In this document: positions 48,176 to 60,260 of the stretch, in pieces
Layout of the letters: every line of letters begins with the position of its first letter
Position numbering within the stretch: the stretch's first letter is position 1
From: Trypanosoma brucei
Taxonomy: Eukaryota
Length of the DNA stretch: 64,000 bases
NCBI GenBank assembly: GCA_000002445.1
Contig: CH464492.1
Span: 1-64,000, forward strand
Direction of reading: 5' to 3'
Notes under the pieces: generated by a model
Database searches by the model: none
What the model was told of the DNA's origin: nothing
What the model saw: only the letters and a program-made list of their open reading frames with translations
Position numbers and translations under genes: made by a program

Positions 48176-48999
48176 TACTGAATGGATGGGAAAGATGAAG
48201 GCACTGAAAATAATAAAAAAAGTGCAATGAGAATATGTTAGTGAAATCACAGTGAGTAAGTGAGGGAGCAATAAACACACAAAGAATATTATTATTAAAG
48301 GAAGTGCTAAAAACTGAGAAATAAATGTAGATGGAATAAGTGGAATTTCAAATATAACTATGACGATGGGCATAAAATATACAAAGAGATGTTGGAGAGA
48401 CAGAATACGGTATATAGGTATAATTGAATTGGTAGGTTATCCACAGCTATGGAGGTAGCAGAATAAAATGAACGAAAATACAGAAAACAACTGGATTTTG
48501 TAACCAGAAAAAAAGTACAATGACTAAAGAGGTGATTTGCTTCACATTTGACACATAAATATATAAATAATCGTGCAGAGATAGCGGTAGCATCAAGAAC
48601 AGTAGTTTATATATCTAACCTTATAGGAATTTTAAAATGAAATTAGGTGGAAGGAGTATTTGTCACAAGAAAATAATAAAATTACTGGCATATCTCAACA
48701 CATAAGTTAAACTATTTACTGCAATTGCTATAAAAATGCATAAAGAGGAACTTTGAATGCAGGAAAGAGCTGATTTAACGACTGCGCTGTGAATCATCAA
48801 GCTAATGTGTATGGCTAAAACTATAGATTCGTGCTCAAAGATAGGTTGCAGACACCGAGTATACTCTATTCAACAGATTCATCATAACAATATCGTGGGA
48901 TTACTTATATGAACATATTAGTCGTACTGCTCACTTTTTCCCTTACGGTTTCCACGTTATTCTTTTAACAGTCTCCAAATTTAAAGGTATGTTAGGGAA

Positions 49000-49760
49000 A
49001 TGAAATTTTATATCTTGAGAACTTTACTATTACTGTTGATATAACCTTTAGTGTGTTTAAGTGCAATATCCCTTCAATATACAGTGGATAGAATAACAAA
49101 TATGACACATAATAATACTACGTAACCCAGAATTATTGTGATTGTAGTTCAAACTCATGTAACTCAAGGATGGTATAGGCTCATATTGAGTGCCAAACTA
49201 AGCCGTGTTGAAATTGTTACAATTGCAATGGGAGGTTTGTACAGTCATGTTAAAAGGCCTAGATGGGTAATGGAATATTTAGAGAAACAGAATGCAAGTA
49301 ATGAGGATATTGTAATTCATTTGGATGGGTCTGATATTATAGTTAGTGATGAGGTGGGGTATAAGAATGCGGTGAAATATGTTATAAAAAATAGCGTAGC
49401 TAATGAAGATAAGTTTAGTGAAGAGGATAATCACAACGAGCTTGTGCAGAGATGTCTTTGGCTTTTTAATGTTGGTTACAGGAAAGAAGAGGATAAAAAG
49501 TTACCGCATTTACTGAAATCGCCTCCTAGTGGAAAACCCTATCTTAGTGATGGTGGTTTGATAGCCAGAGTATGGGCATTTAAGAAATTTAATATGCATT
49601 TGGAGAGTTACTAAAGGAAAGTGATGAAGGGTGGTCAGAGCAGAGTATTTACAAACCGTTGTTAATATGGAGTGCCATCCAGTAAGAAGCTGTTGGACAG
49701 AGATTTGTTTTGCGGAAAGGGATAATTGCATTGTATTATGAGGAGAGATTCTTTTTGATT
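49000..49760 (+). pseudogene. Conserved array-associated ORF family, copy d (longest continuous ORF segment in the window, 158 aa; 5' and 3' parts in other frames)
   Basis: Start context GTTAGGGAAATGAAATTTTATATCTTGAGAACTTTACTATTAC is shared with copy a. ORF 49138..49614 reads MIVVQTHVTQGWYRLILSAKLSRVEIVTIAMGGLYSHVKRPRWVMEYLEKQNASNEDIVIHLDGSDIIVSDE…KEEDKKLPHLLKSPPSGKPYLSDGGLIARVWAFKKF. A downstream …WSEQSIYKPLLIWS… sits out of frame. Confidence 0.55.
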
Positions 49761-50281
49761 CTGACTAATAGTGTGGCGAGTGGAGAGATGCTATTTATTT
49801 ATTTTGATGGACAGCCGATCGCGTGAAAAGAGAAAGCCAAGTTAATTGTGAAAAATCTTACTTTGTATGAAGAGTTAGAAAAAAAGGAATTTGGTTTGGC
49901 AGACTTGGGAAGAATTCAAACTCATACAAAAGATAAAAGGAAATGGGAATTTGGGTATTCGAATATTTGTACTGAAGCGGTTGAAGGCAGTGATTTGTTA
50001 AATGCCACAAAGCTGTGAAACTATACAAACTGTCAAAGATATCAGGACGTCCGAAACGAACGGCGATTAGCCGGGCCGGCGGGCACCAGTGGTTGGCAAA
50101 GGAAAAAACAGGGAACACCATGATTTCAAGAGCTATCCAATCGCATCCATAAAAGTGCTCCAGGCGCAACTGACAAAGCAACAGCAAGCGGCGCTAAACC
50201 TCAGCAGTAAAAAGCACCCTCCAAAGGAACAAAACAGCTCATCGATCGCAGTATTTCAGGTTTATTTTTCTTTTCTGTGGA

Positions 50282-51883
50282 GTGGAAAAGCAGTTAGCAA
50301 GTCGACAGTTGCGTATTCGGATGACCCCAACACCTAAAGCAACGGCGGAACTACAGCGCATCTTGATTCTATACATCGGTGTGCTGTTCTTTGGCCTCAA
50401 CCTAGTAGAGGCCGCCACCGACGCCAACGCCGCACAACACCGCGTGATGTGTCTTCTCACCGCACTAGCCAACACCCCCATCAAGCAAGCAGAAATAACA
50501 GGCAGTGGCGGTTCCGCAAGAGAGACAATCAGTGCGTTGAACGTAACAACGAGCTCAAGCGAGTGGCAAAAAATCTTTGACACCAGTCTCAGCCGGGAAG
50601 CAGGCACAAACTTCCCAGAGACGCTCAAAGACAAGCCGTACGCAGACATCTGGAAAGCGAACTGGGCGTCATGGTGGAAAGCAGCAAAGCATGCCAAAAA
50701 CACTAACATTGGCCAGCCAACACACGACCTATACAAGCCCATCTCATCAGCAATACAAAAAGCAGCCGCAAACAAGAAGATACGGCAACTAGCACTACAA
50801 GCAGAAACCTTAGGTCGAATGTACGACGAAGCGGCGCAACAGGCAACAAGTACCCAAAAGCAACTAGCGCAAACAAAATTAACAGCAGCGCTGTACGGAG
50901 GCGACGGCAGCAAAGCAACACCAGGAACAGACCACACCCGCAAAGCATTTACAACCTGGGACGCCGCATGCACAGGAGACGAAAATGGCAAATCAATCGT
51001 AGGCGACTTTTTCTGCCTTTGTGCCCCAAAAGACGGGACAACGAAAGAATGTGCTGATGGTTACGCCCCGACGCGCTGGGACGCCACCATAGCAGACCCA
51101 GCGGCGGAGTGGAAAAAGCTACAGACGTCTTGCCCAACTGCTAAGCTCAGCAGCGCCAAAGAGCATGATATAAGAATGGCCATAGGAGCGTTCCTACAAG
51201 CCTTGACTACCAGAACTCAAGGCGGCACAACAAAAACTTACCTAGGGAGCAGCGACACAGGCGCATGCGACGGGACAAGCAGCAAGCTATGCGTCGATTA
51301 CACCGGCTACTTCAGCAAGCAAGCAGGTAAAACCTACAAAGATATACCATGGCTCAAATCCCTCGAAGATGCGGTTACGGCCCTAGAAAACATGCACAAG
51401 CAGGAAGAAAAAGCAAATAACCTCGACGCGCAGCTGGCAAACCTGCTGAAACAAGCCAATCTTATCTACGCCGCTGCATTAAACGGCGACTTGATGACCG
51501 AGACAGCGGTCAAAGCCGAAGTTGTTCCTGAAGGGAACCCAAGACAAAATGTAAACTGCGCGCAGCATGACAACAACAAAACTTGCGTTTCTCCATGCAA
51601 GTGGGAATCTAAAGGCGACAAAGGAACATGCAAATTAGATGAAAGCAAAGTTACAACTCAGACAAATACAGAAAGAACAGGAACAGGAGATGGCGCAGCA
51701 AAACATGGAGTAAATTGCTCTAGCCATGCAACCAAGGAGGCATGCGAGGGATTCCAAGGAACTTCAGTCCCAGGCAAAAAAGCTGTTTGTGGCTGGATTG
51801 AAGGCAAATGTCAGGATTCCAGTTTTCTTGTAAACAAAAAATTCGCCCTCATGGTTTCTGCATTTGTGGCCATGCTTTTCTAA
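50282..51883 (+). CDS. VSG: Variant surface glycoprotein, intact (b-type), canonical GPI signal; probable true start at the Met at 50324
   Basis: MTPTPKATAELQRILILYIGVLFFGLNLVEAATDANAA signal peptide. Contains …YLGSSDTGACDGTSSKLCVDYTG…. C-terminus …[31 protein letters not shown]. Exact 16-mer downstream. Confidence 0.88.
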   Translation: MEKQLASRQLRIRMTPTPKATAELQRILILYIGVLFFGLNLVEAATDANAAQHRVMCLLTALANTPIKQAEITGSGGSARETISALNVTTSSSEWQKIFDTSLSREAGTNFPETLKDKPYADIWKANWASWWKAAKHAKNTNIGQPTHDLYKPISSAIQKAAANKKIRQLALQAETLGRMYDEAAQQATSTQKQLAQTKLTAALYGGDGSKATPGTDHTRKAFTTWDAACTGDENGKSIVGDFFCLCAPKDGTTKECADGYAPTRWDATIADPAAEWKKLQTSCPTAKLSSAKEHDIRMAIGAFLQALTTRTQGGTTKTYLGSSDTGACDGTSSKLCVDYTGYFSKQAGKTYKDIPWLKSLEDAVTALENMHKQEEKANNLDAQLANLLKQANLIYAAALNGDLMTETAVKAEVVPEGNPRQNVNCAQHDNNKTCVSPCKWESKGDKGTCKLDESKVTTQTNTERTGTGDGAAKHGVNCSSHATKEACEGFQGTSVPGKKAVCGWIEGKCQDSSFLVNKKFALMVSAFVAMLF

Positions 51884-51919
51884 AAGAATTTCCCTTCTTT
51901 TTAAAATAATTTTGCTGTT

Positions 51920-51935
51920 TGATATATTTTAACAC
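51920..51935 (+). promoter_or_regulatory. Conserved VSG 3'UTR 16-mer
   Basis: Exact TGATATATTTTAACAC about 35 nt after the stop codon. Confidence 0.8.
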
Positions 51936-52045
51936 GTAAGTTACCTGGAAAAGTAATTAAATTTTTTGTCCCGGCTCCGCGTATAAAAATTTTTGCCGAC
52001 TAAAAATTTCTCCTTTTTTCTGTTGTTTTTTGTTTAAAAAACAAA

Positions 52046-52094
52046 AAGAAGGTAGGAGGAATGAAGGTAGGTTGGAGTTAGGGTTAGGGTTATT
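52046..52094 (+). repeat. Interstitial telomere-like tract (GGTAGG/TTAGGG degenerate hexamers)
   Basis: AGGTAGGAGGAATGAAGGTAGGTTGGAGTTAGGGTTAGGGTTA. Confidence 0.8.
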
Positions 52095-52185
52095 TTTTCT
52101 CTTAGCAATAAGTGTTTTTACCAGCACTTAACCGTAACGACTTTAGCTCTTTTTTTTAATCATGCGAGTCGCTCTTTTTTAATGC

Positions 52186-52240
52186 AACCCTAACCCTTAT
52201 TCTTCCACTCCCCCCCCCAACGCCCAACTCCGCTTAACTT
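52186..52240 (+). repeat. Inverted C-strand telomere-like tract (CCCTAA x2 plus C-rich run), head-to-head with 52046-52094
   Basis: AACCCTAACCCTTATTCTTCCACTCCCCCCCCCAACGCCCAACTCC. Confidence 0.7.
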
Positions 52241-52664
52241 TTTCACCTGCACCTTCGCCCGTATTTGTAACTTTTTTCTGCTTCTGTGGATTTCAGCTCT
52301 GCATTTTGAGCTGCGCGCGGTATCAATTTTTTTTAAAGCTGGAGCGCGGCCTATAACACCGCACGCAATTCTTTTACGCCGCCTCGCTGCAGTATCGGTG
52401 CGCCAAACAATTTTTGTTTTCAAAAAGAAAATAAAGGAAGGGGAAAATATTTGTGAGATGGCAATTATAAAGAGCAGAAATTAAGGAGCGATTAGACAAT
52501 CTGCTGCTGGCACCCAACGGCCAAAGACGATAAACTGCCAGAGGTACGTTTTTAACCCCTAAGCCGTCGAGGATAAAATGTGCACATTGAGTGAGAGAAA
52601 TCAAGAAGATAGAACAAAAAGAAGCGCGAACAGATGGAGACAAAAAAGAGAACTATTATTTTTT

Positions 52665-55600
52665 TTGAAATTTTCTTCGTGACTTCGTGAGAGTTTCTCC
52701 CCACTGGCGAGTCCATCAGCCATAACCGTAGAGCCATGAGATGCTATCGGTCTGGCGACTGTGGCAGAGTCTCCCTTTTTTATTCAGCCTAACACACCCT
52801 CTATAATTTTTTGTTGTAGCTCCGCAGTTGGACGGAATACAGCAGATGGAGCAGAAAGCCCCCCACCCCTGACTCTCCAAAAGATGTCAATTAACAGTCC
52901 TTTTGTTTTGATTTTTGTTATTCGTTTATTATTCTCTCCTCTTTCTCTTTCTGTTTTTGTTGCTTGTTGACAGCATACCCTCTCTGTCTCTGAGGGTGTC
53001 TGGACTATTCCTGCGTCCGGTGCTTTTCCTGCTGGCTCCACACTCGGCAATAAGGGGGGAAGCTGCAGAATGGAGAGTGGGTTGTATGACTGTTACATTA
53101 GGTGAGGACTTCACCTGCGGCCGGCTCCGTTCAACCGCAATAAGAAACTGCGCCAGCCTTTTAGAGAAACATATATCCTGCACACACACACTCACCTTCT
53201 ACCGCAAACCTAACACGTAACTCCTTCAAACCGGGACAGCTCATCAAGTGCAGCGACGTTTCTTCGCAGTCGCCGCGTTGGCTGGTAACAGCGCACTCTA
53301 CCTTCATACCTTGCATCTTCTTTTGATGTAGGGTGAGGCCAGTTTTGCTAGCACACTGCCTTCCGCATGTCGGGCATACCAACATGGATGTGTTTGTATG
53401 CGGGGAATCAGTGGCAAGCAATTTTGTGCTTTTGCTGCATTTAAGCTCGACTCCCTCACCTTTGTGGAAAGCCTTACAGTGTCGGATGAGGGAGTCCCTG
53501 CAACTGAGCATTTTTTGGCACACACCACACTGCACCTCGCCCTTCCCCGGGACGTCAACGTTTCCCTCACGGGCACGCTTACGAGGGAATTGCACCACCA
53601 CCACGGTACCGTCCTCCGTCACTATGCTCTTATGTTTGAATTTCTTGTGTAGTGACAGGGAAGAACGTGTACCGAAGCTCGCCTCGCACAGGTCACATTG
53701 AAACGGCAGCTTCCGTGTATCCTGAGAGGCTGGCGCTGCTGGGGCTCTACCATCTCCTTGCACTGAGTCCTCGTTCTCTCTCCCCCTTTTCACGCGGCAA
53801 CTACCGCTGCCTATGCCATGTATTGTTCTAAGGTGGTGTAATAGTCGGCCTAGCACTGCGAATATGGAGGCACAGATGGTACAATGAAGCACCTGCAGTC
53901 TCATCGGGACTCGTGTGCTCGATGGTAGAGGAACGATCGCCACCGCTGGAGGGGGCTCCGGGGGGATGTCCACTGCAGGTGTTGCATCGCCGTATTTGAT
54001 CCTCCGGAGGGCATCAGCTCGCACAAAGCCATGTTTGTTTACCATATGCGTTACAGCACTCGAGCGGCATTGGTATGTGGCATCACATTCCGTATATTAG
54101 GTCGGTTCGGAGGTTCTCTGAAGAGTGCGTGTCGCAACAGTTGGGGATGTTTGTATTGTGGGTCCTATTGCTTCATGTTTCGGGTTACACCATCGGCACT
54201 GTGGAGGCACACTCGGGTTGATATTTCGCAACATCCATCCATAGTGTCTTGAAGAACCAACCCGAAAGCGTGCCAGTGCCGTTTCTTCTTCCCTCGTCAG
54301 TTCTTCATTATGTTTTGTTGGAAAGTGGTTGCCCGTGATACCAAACCTATGAGTGTTCTCATGGACTTCTTCCGACCTAAGCACTCGCTTCGCATAAGCA
54401 ATGATGTCGGGGACCCATGTGTCTCGCAACTGTGGTAAATCAGCGGCCTTTTTGGCCATTTCATCGCAAACCTCATTCCGTTTCACGCCACAATGGCCAA
54501 ACAAAAATTGCAGTCGGATACGTATCTTCCTTCTCTGAACTTGAAGCAGAAGCCTCCATAGTCGTCTCAGAATTGGGTCCGTTACGGCTAGGGGGCCTGT
54601 CTGCAATGCTGTTAACATTGACAGCGAGTCAGAGAAGATGGACAACCTGCTCGGTGTGCTTCTGTATGCCGGAACCCATTTCAGCAGCCGTTGCAGTCCT
54701 ATCTCTAATGCTACGCATTCCGCTCTGTAACTTCATGAGAGTTCCCCTGCTCCGGTCTTGGGTGCGCAAATCAGCGTGTTGTTTCTATAGAGCAGGGCAG
54801 CTGCTCCGAACTTCTCACCGAGGGACAAAGATCCATCAGTCCACAATTCGTAGTGCTCTCGTCGCGGTGGCTCCTTCCCCCTCCGTGCAAAATGCCGTTC
54901 AATCCACTTTTCGGAAGCCTCCCTTTTGACATTGTTAGAGTCATCAGCGCACACAGGCTTTATCTGCGTGTGAAATAGCGGTCGGCAGCTGTGGCGGAGC
55001 GTCGATGTCTCTAGTGGGTTTTCGCGTGGCTCAATGCGGAGGTGAAGGTAGGACCGCATGATGCGGGAATGTGTGGCTCTGACTGGGTGTTTGCTGTGAT
55101 ATGCTTCCTCAGCACTGCGCCGCAAACATCCGCCTCGTGACTCACACATCAGCATGAATTTCATGCTGCGCACAAGAGTGGTCGTCTTGAGTGGCAGGAG
55201 GTTTGCTTCCAGCAGACAGTCCTCTTTGCTCGTCCCATGTGGTATGCCAGCTATGATGCGACTGACCTTGTGTTGCGCTGCTGCAAGGAGGTCGCGACTT
55301 CGTTCCGAAGCGTCCCAGTACCATACCTCAATGCCATACATGGTGTGTGCCTGTACGAGTGCTAGATAAAAAGCTCTCAGTACTTGTCGTCTTGGCCCCC
55401 ATGTAGAAGCTGAGATGGCTGCTATCTGCAGTAGTAGGAAGTCCATCTTGCGTCTCGTTTCTGCCGCATGTGTTGCCATCCCTTGCAGACACTGGAATGT
55501 TACTCCTAGAAGCTTCGGTGTCCTGTCAGCTCCTATTCTTTCGCCGTCCATTGTAATGTAAGGGGGTGGCGCTCTATACACCCGAAGAGTGTGCACTTCG

Positions 55601-57916
55601 TTTTCGCTACGTTGACAGACATGAAGTACTCTTTTGACCACTGTAACACCACGTTTAGGCCGCATTACAGCGTGTGGTTGATGACATCCCTCTCTGTGTG
55701 CCTCGCAAGTAGCGTCAGGTCATCTGCAAAGAATCCGTGCTGCAGTAACGGCACTTCTGCAAGGCGCTGGCTCAACGAGTTCATGACAATAATGAACATG
55801 ATTGGGCCAAGGACAGTTCCTTGTGGCACTCCTCGCTCAAATGTTCTGCTGCTGGAAAGCTTCTCCTTGAATCTCACTCTGCCAGTTCGGTTACTCAGAA
55901 ATGATACACACCACTTCACAATGTGGGGTGATACCTTCATTCTGTGCATTTCCCTCGCAATTTTGTCGTGGTCTACTGTATCGAATGCCTTCTCTTAGTC
56001 GACGAATACAGCACCTGTACGATATTGGTGCGTGGGACGGCAGAGGGCAGCGCGGACGTGCAGGAGGTGTTCGAGCGTTGAGCATCCGGGGCGAAAGCCT
56101 GATTGCTGCGGCGTCAGCTGGGACTCAACAGTGTCTCTAAGTCTCGCGGCAATTATTCGCTCCATGACTTTGCAGAGACAGCTCGTGAGCGTCACTGGCC
56201 TGTAAGAATCGAGGTCCTCCGCCTTTTTTCCGGCCTTCAGGATGGGGATGATAACACCAGTCTTCCATGCAGACGGCACGACTCCCGTTCGTAGGCTCTC
56301 ATTGAATAGCCTCAGAACAACATTCAGCGCTGTTCTACCGAGATGTTGCAGTGCCTTGTTGTATAAGCAATCAGGTCCGGCTGCGGATCCACTCGGTAGC
56401 AGTTTGATCGATCTCCGTAGTTCAGCCATCGTGATGGGACTGAACTCACTCGCTATCGTCTTTATGTGTGCCGGTGGGTGTGAGTCGGGGTGCCTTCTTG
56501 CGCAAGACGAGTACAGTTTAATGAACCTCTCAGCTTGACGGTAGTCCGTGATGGCCGCGTTATCAACAAGCACAGCCGGTGTGGTTAGTGGTCGTGGCGC
56601 ATATACCTTCTTGACAATGTGCCAACTGCAGCGGTCTGACACCGCAAGTCTGGAGCATAGCGTGCTCCATCTCTTCTTTGTGGTACGGTCCAGAATCTGC
56701 TTACGCGTGGCTACCAACTTTTCTCTTATGTGGAAAGGTCCTCATCCAGCGATCTCTTCATCGAGTTTCGCGAGCTCAGGTGTCCAATGTGGTGGCGTTA
56801 CTCTGCAGCCACGGGGGACGGAGACATTCGTCGCAGTGCGGATGGCGGAGCTCAATTTCTGTTCCAGAGTGTTGACATTCTTCTCTCTACCAATTTTCCT
56901 GCAGAGCTCGTGAACCTTGAGACGGAAATTCCTCCAGTTAGCTTTTAGCCATGCGTACATGGGCTTTTGAAGCCGCGGGCAACTCAGTGCATCTGTGTCG
57001 TCTCCAACGATATCGTCGAAAAATATGTTATGGTGATCGCTATCGGGAGAATACAGCGATGTCCACGTGTACACTGTGCAATTCCTTGACAGTGTCACAT
57101 CAGGGGTGGACTCCTCGTGGTGGCGCGTGTACCTGGTGCACTCACCAGTGTTACATACCAGAAACTGGTTGTCAATGCACCACTGTGTGAGGGTTTCACC
57201 CTTGGTATTTGGTGGGCTCGCGCGATCCCATGCCAACGCGTGTGCGTTAGCGTCTGCACCGATGAGCTTGGCACCGTCAGTTGTCAGAAGCGTATCTAGG
57301 TCAGTTGCCGTGAAGGTGTGTTTTGGTGGGATGTATGCCGACGTGACAGTCAGCGCCGTTCCACGTGCAAGGTGAATTGTTGCATGCACTTGTTCAATGC
57401 GACCAACAACGGTCATACCAGTCTCGACTAGCAGGTTCTCCATCACTAGTATTGATACACCACCTCCTTTGCAGTTACGAGCTATTCTGTGATGTCGGTA
57501 GCCAGCAACGCTAAAGCAAACCACCTCTCCAGGCGTCATCCTTGTCTCGCTCAACAGACAAAAGACAATCCGCTCATCAACAAGGGTTTTGTGGAGTGCT
57601 AATCTCTTTTCTTGAGATAGCCCAGCGCAGTTCCACTGCATCCCGCGCAACGACAGGCCGGGATTCTCTTCCACATCACCGGACAGCAGCATGTTAGTGC
57701 GGATGATATTGCTGATGGCACGCTGGCACATGCCCAGGGACCGACAAATGAAAAACGGTGTCCCAGCAAGACGCTGCTGATCCCTGTGCTGTATAATGCC
57801 TTGGCCGGAGCACAGCATTGTTCCCCATGAAAGGAACGTTGGTGGCTCTTGGCTTCCCCCGATGATACGGGGTACTGGACCCTGGCACCACGTTGATGTT
57901 GCCGGCATCGCCAGGG
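52665..57916 (-). mobile_element. ingi: Full-length ingi retrotransposon (about 5.25 kb), ORF fragmented by frameshifts
   Basis: 3' end (T-run at 52655-52665 plus the RIME 3' half). ORFs 53161..54045(-) ZnF, 54097..54645(-) RNaseH, 54733..55665(-), 55665..55949(-) and 55995..56717(-) RT. ORF 56742..57956(-) is APE-like, contains …LLSGDVEENPGLSLRGMQWNCAGLSQEKRLALHKTLVDE… and reads through the element 5' end. 5' terminus at about 57916. Confidence 0.95.
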
Positions 57917-58455
57917 GACGAATTTGAAACCACCCTGAGCGTGACACATTACTCAAATGGAAAATTTAAAGTAGACGGTAACGCTATGACAAAAACAGCC
58001 AAACTCTATCTCACAAGTCAGAAAGGTCAAAACAAGAAAAGACACAACCATGCACGACTTTCTCTGCCCTTTCAGTACAACACAACGGCAGATAGCGACC
58101 AAGTTATTAAATATGGCAAAAATATCTGGCACAACCGCGAAACAAAAGCGCGCATGGAACTGATTAACAGCATAAAATTCTTTCTAAAAGTAATCGCTGG
58201 ACGCAAAACTGGCAATAAACAGCCTCAATACGCCCTCTAACGGAATTCTTACAGCACCTAAAAAGGACAACTACAGGCGAAAAGGCGGCCCCAAATAGCT
58301 GAAAAGTGCAACTCGTTCAGGCCTTAAACCACAAAGAAAGCCATTCTAAATCCATAGGACCAGCGGCTTTTCAGATGAAGCCGAGACCACAAGACAACAC
58401 TGCCTTCACCGCCTGTAAGTTGTAATGCCTCAAGACAAGCCTGATATTTTCTTAA

Positions 58456-59990
58456 ATGCCACCGAAGTTAGAGATGCAGAGCAAGAAACTACGTAGACTA
58501 GCTATAGACCTAACACTAGCGCTAATTGCAGTGACTGGGACAGCAATAGGCTCGGCACCAGACGACAGTGCATATTTCTCTGCACTTTCTGCAGTTTACA
58601 ACCTTGCCGAAGTCAAAGACAAAATCGCGCCAGAGACGGCTTTCCCAGAAGCAACTACGATTCTAGAAGAGGCAAGCAACCTAAACCTATCAACAGCAAA
58701 CGACGGTTATTTTGATGCTGCGGATGACATTTATCACCAAGGCGGCAAAGTCAAAGATCAAGAAGGGCTTAAGCAATGGTAAGAAAAAAATAAAGCTATA
58801 GCGGACAAAGACCTGGCCGGCCAGAAGCCGTATCTAAGGTTGCCAGAACACAATGCACGGCACCGAGCAAACAAGAGAATTTACACGCTATTAAACAGGA
58901 GCGCGGAGCTGATAACGCAATATAACGCAGCTAAGCAAGCCTACAATGAGGCGAGAACAAATGCGATGAACAGCCTCACAGAAGCAGTCTATGGAAAAGG
59001 CAAAGTGGACTTCGACAAGGGCAGATTCAACAACGAAGCGGGCGCCGGGAGGGGTAAGGCATGCGGGGCGACGGCGCAGGGAGGAAACAATGTAGGAGCA
59101 GCGCTAGCCGACGCTTGTATTTGTCTTTGTACAGCTTCAGGAAACCCAGCGCAAAACGAGTGTGCGGACTCGCTGACTGGCCAGGTTGACGCAGCCGGCG
59201 ACAAAAGCGATCAAGCAAAGGCAGCATGGGACAACGTCAAAACAAAATGCAAATATATGCCGCAGCCACAGCCCAGCTAATGGCAAAGATCGACGCAAGC
59301 AACACGGACGCAACGCAAGCAACACGGACGCAACGCAAGCAAACGGGCGGTGAACTCTAGAAAAAACTAACACCGCAGCTTGCGCAGGCGTCCAGGCAAC
59401 ACCCACCATGTGCATAAACTTCAAACAACAGCTCGGCACAAGCGACGGAAAGCTACCATGGCTAGAAAAGCTACACGAAGCAGAAAACCAACTGATGACA
59501 GCCGCATGAAAAGAGAGCGAAGCAGCAGCTCTCAAGCAAACCCTTATGCAGCTAAATAATGACGCCCGGGCTTCTTACGTCGACGCACAACACGAAATTG
59601 AAAACCCACCAAAGCTTACGCAACTTCACCCACAATCCCCCGCCAAAACAACCAATGAAGAGGACTGTAAAAAACACAAATAAAGCGGCAAATGCGCTGA
59701 GCCGTGCCAAAGGGGTGACAATGCCACTGGTGCAAACAAAAAATGCTCATTAGATCCAAAAAAGCTGCAGATCAAGCAGCTCAGGTATAAAAAGAAACAT
59801 GAGAGCAACCTTCAAAGTATGCTGGACAAGATACCAAAGAGAAATGTGAAGGAGTCAAATGAACTCCAGCCCCAGGCAAAAAATATGTTTGTGGACGGAT
59901 AGAAGACAAGTGCAAAGATTACAGTTTTCTAGTAAATAAGAAATTTGCCCTGATTGTTGCTTCTGCTTTTGTGAGTTTGGTAGGACTCTA
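58456..59990 (+). pseudogene. VSG pseudogene (signal peptide present; multiple stops and frameshifts; GPI signal in a different frame)
   Basis: Signal-peptide region …LRRLAIDLTLALIAVTGTAIGSAPDDS…. ORF 58840..59280 contains …ACICLCTASGNPAQNECADSLTG…. Terminal …CKDYSFLVNKKFALIVASAFVSLVGL* at about 59900-59990. Contains a 20-bp tandem duplication at 59283-59345. Confidence 0.7.
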
Positions 59991-60154
59991 GCATTTTAAG
60001 GATAATAGCTAAATTTCACTCAATTTCTTAAAATTATGAAATTAAAGTAAAATATGTATAATAGTGGTATATGGGTGCAAAGTAATAGAGTAATAGTGTA
60101 TGAAAAATAAGTGCTGTTCTAACTTGGTTATTTTTTATTTAATGAATGCTGGTT

Positions 60155-60260
60155 AGGAATATAATTATTATCATTATTATTATTATGATAATAATGATGA
60201 TAATAATAATGATAATGATTATTATAAGAGAATGTTGTGAGTGTGTGGAAATGAGAGAAA
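60155..60260 (+). repeat. 70-bp repeat units
   Basis: ATAATTATTATCATTATTATTATTATGATAATAATGATGATAATAATAATGATAATGATTATTATAAGAGAATGTTGTGAGTGTGTGGAAATGAGAG. Confidence 0.75.

Noticed and set aside
59283-59345. 20-bp tandem duplication GCAAGCAACACGGACGCAAC x2 inside the VSG pseudogene
   Set aside because: A small slippage duplication in an already heavily decayed pseudogene. It is noted in the feature evidence but is not of independent interest.
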